Origin: an uncultured Acidimicrobiia bacterium
Lineage (GTDB): Bacteria; Acidobacteriota; Terriglobia; Versatilivoradales; Versatilivoraceae
NCBI GenBank assembly: GCA_963786955.1
Contig: CAWBAT010000005.1
Span: 224,001 to 288,000, forward strand
Reading direction: 5' to 3'
Length of the DNA stretch: 64,000 bases
Shown here: piece by piece, positions 62,084-64,000 of the stretch
Position numbering within the stretch: position 1 is the stretch's first letter
Layout of the letters: the number at the start of each line of letters is the position of its first letter
Made by a program: the position numbers and the translations under genes
The notes under the pieces: model-generated
What the model was told of the DNA's origin: nothing
Seen by the model: the letters and a program-made list of their open reading frames with translations, nothing else
Databases searched by the model: none

Positions 62084-63376
62084 ATGGTTGCCAACACTTT
62101 GAGTCTGACCGATAACCGCACGGGCAAGGAGTACACGATTCCCATTGAGAACGGCACCATACGCGCTATGGATTTGCGCAAGATCAAGGTTTCTGATGAG
62201 GATTTCGGTTTAATGACCTACGATCCGGCATTCATGAACACTTCATCCTGCCGGAGTCGCATTACTTTCATTGACGGGGACAAAGGAATCCTACGCTACA
62301 GGGGATACCCCATCGAACAATTAGCCGAAGGGAGCAACTACCTGGAAGTGGCTTACTTGATTCTGAACGGTGAACTGCCGACGGAATCTCAATTGAAAGA
62401 GTGGACGCTAAATGTTACCCACCACACGTTTATTCACGAAAACATTAAGAAGTTTATGGATGGTTTCCACCACGATGCCCATCCCATGGGCATGTTAGTC
62501 GGAACCATTGGGGCTCTGTCGACCTTTTACACAGATGCCAAGAACATCCTGAGTGAGGAATCGCGCAGAAAGCAGACCTTTCGATTAATCGGCAAAGTCC
62601 CCACTATTGCAGCCTTCGCCTACCGCCACAGCATGGGAATGCCTTTTATTTACCCTGATAATGAATTGAGCTACGCTGGAAATTTTCTGAACATGATGTT
62701 TAAAATGACCGAGATTAAATATCGCCCCAATCCGATCCTCGAGCATGCCCTGGATGTCCTGTTTATCTTGCACGCCGATCACGAACAAAATTGCAGCACC
62801 AACGCCATGCGGTGTATCGGAAGCTCCCACGCCGATCCTTTCTCCGCGGTCGCCGGTGCGGCGGCGGCTCTTTACGGACCTCTTCATGGCGGAGCCAACG
62901 AAGAGGTGCTCAAGATGCTCAAGGAAATCGGCTCCAAGGACCGGGTCCCTCACTATATTCAGCGTGTGAAGGCGGGCGAGTTTCGGTTAATGGGATTTGG
63001 CCATCGCGTCTACAAAAATTACGACCCGAGAGCCAAAATCATTAAGCAGGTCGCGGACGAAGTTTTTGAAGTCACGGGAAAGAATCCGCTCATTGAGATC
63101 GCCCTGGAATTAGAGCGGATTGCCTTGCATGATGATTACTTTGTCAGCAGGAAACTTTATCCGAATGTCGATTTCTACTCAGGAATTATTTATGAGGCCA
63201 TGAAATTCCCCGTGGAAATGTTTCCGGTACTTTTTGCGATCCCTCGAACCTCTGGCTGGAATGCGCAATGGGCCGAAATGCTGCTCGATCCAGAACAGAA
63301 GATTGCACGGCCGCGGCAGATTTACGAGGGGTACGACCAAAGGGATTTTATCCCGATCGAAAAACGGAAGGGGTAG
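62084..63376 (+). CDS. gltA: Citrate synthase
   Basis: IDGDKGILRYRGY, LHADHEQN, GPLHGGANE, MGFGHRVYK and YPNVDFYSG motifs. Confidence 0.97.
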   Translation: MVANTLSLTDNRTGKEYTIPIENGTIRAMDLRKIKVSDEDFGLMTYDPAFMNTSSCRSRITFIDGDKGILRYRGYPIEQLAEGSNYLEVAYLILNGELPTESQLKEWTLNVTHHTFIHENIKKFMDGFHHDAHPMGMLVGTIGALSTFYTDAKNILSEESRRKQTFRLIGKVPTIAAFAYRHSMGMPFIYPDNELSYAGNFLNMMFKMTEIKYRPNPILEHALDVLFILHADHEQNCSTNAMRCIGSSHADPFSAVAGAAAALYGPLHGGANEEVLKMLKEIGSKDRVPHYIQRVKAGEFRLMGFGHRVYKNYDPRAKIIKQVADEVFEVTGKNPLIEIALELERIALHDDYFVSRKLYPNVDFYSGIIYEAMKFPVEMFPVLFAIPRTSGWNAQWAEMLLDPEQKIARPRQIYEGYDQRDFIPIEKRKG

Positions 63377-63473
63377 ACGATGACGGCGGAGTCCACCAGC
63401 CAGCAGACCCTTCTCTCCAGGCACGTTGATTCACATGGAGGGTCGAGCTTTCCGAGACTCAATTGCCGACATT

Positions 63474-63593
63474 GTAGGTACAGGCATTCCTGCCTGTACC
63501 TTGGCTGAAGGTCAACCTCTGCCACGCCACAGCGTGGCTCGACAGGCCGGGAGGCCTGTCGCCACCGAACTGGCGTCGCGGAGCTCCGCCCTC
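63474..63593. repeat. REPIN-like GTAG element (copy of 53029-53150)
   Basis: GTAGGTACAGGCATTCCTGCCTGTACC...GCCACGCCACAGCGTGGCTCGACAGGCCGGGAGGCCTGTC...GGCGTCGCGGAGCTCCGCCCTC. Confidence 0.8.
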
Positions 63594-63677
63594 AAAACGG
63601 GATCATTGCCCTGAACGAGACTCGGAGAGTCAACCGCAAGTGAATGAGCCGAAAACCCCCTAGAATAGAGGATATAC

Positions 63678-64000
63678 ATGCCCCAGTATAAAATAGCCTG
63701 GCTCCCCGGAGACGGCATTGGAATTGAGGTCTTGGAGGCCGCTCGCTGCATCTTAGACAAATTAAAGTTTGATGCCACCTATCTTCCCGGCGATATCGGA
63801 TGGGAATGTTGGCGGAATGAAGGAGACCCTTTCCCGCAGCGAACCATTGAACTCTTGAAAAATGTCGATGCTGCTCTGTTTGGAGCCATCACTTCCAAGC
63901 CTGGCAAGGTAGCGGAAACGGAATTGGTTCCTGCACTTCAAGGAAAAGGTATTGTCTATCGCTCTCCGATTGTTCGGATGCGCCAATTGTTCGATCTCTA
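63678..64000 (+). CDS. Isocitrate/isopropylmalate dehydrogenase-family protein (5' part)
   Basis: Manual translation MPQYKIAWLPGDGIGIEVLEAA...ALFGAITS...YRSPIVRMRQLFDL; GAGG RBS; runs off the window. Confidence 0.9.
   Translation, partial: MPQYKIAWLPGDGIGIEVLEAARCILDKLKFDATYLPGDIGWECWRNEGDPFPQRTIELLKNVDAALFGAITSKPGKVAETELVPALQGKGIVYRSPIVRMRQLFDL

Noticed and set aside
1-64000. tRNA, rRNA, prophage, diversity-generating retroelement or retron, defence system
   Set aside because: I recognised no cloverleaf, rRNA, integrase, reverse transcriptase or nuclease signature; a small ncRNA could have been missed by eye.

Overview
Bacterial chromosomal window, probably from an Acidobacteriota-like organism. 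This is inferred from the carboxypeptidase-domain TonB-dependent receptor, the TPR genes and the GMC/subunit-3 pair; no marker gene is present. Positions 1-28.4 kb hold a minus-strand Wzx/Wzy-type polysaccharide cluster: PilZ, a UpxY/RfaH-like NusG paralogue, wza, wzc, a disrupted gmd, fcl, ydcF, wzx, wzy, six glycosyltransferases, two acyltransferases, three methyltransferase-like genes and an asnB-type amidotransferase. An intact IS630 element and a NarL/LuxR regulator lie upstream of it. Positions 31-54 kb carry carbohydrate-related genes (GMC oxidoreductase pair, two glycoside hydrolases, MFS, TonB-dependent receptor, three TPR genes) plus an acyl-ACP desaturase. Positions 55-64 kb carry a TolC-MFP-RND-DUF2892 operon, citrate synthase and the start of an isocitrate/isopropylmalate dehydrogenase-family gene. 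The most unusual signal is non-coding. Seven intergenic arrays are built from shuffled 7-, 9- and 10-mer modules, and in every array the pyrimidine-rich strand is the sense strand of the downstream gene. There are also several palindromic/MITE families, including IS200-TnpA relics and a nested MITE, and an ops-like element in the leader of the polysaccharide operon. All product calls come from motif recognition by eye; no searches were run.
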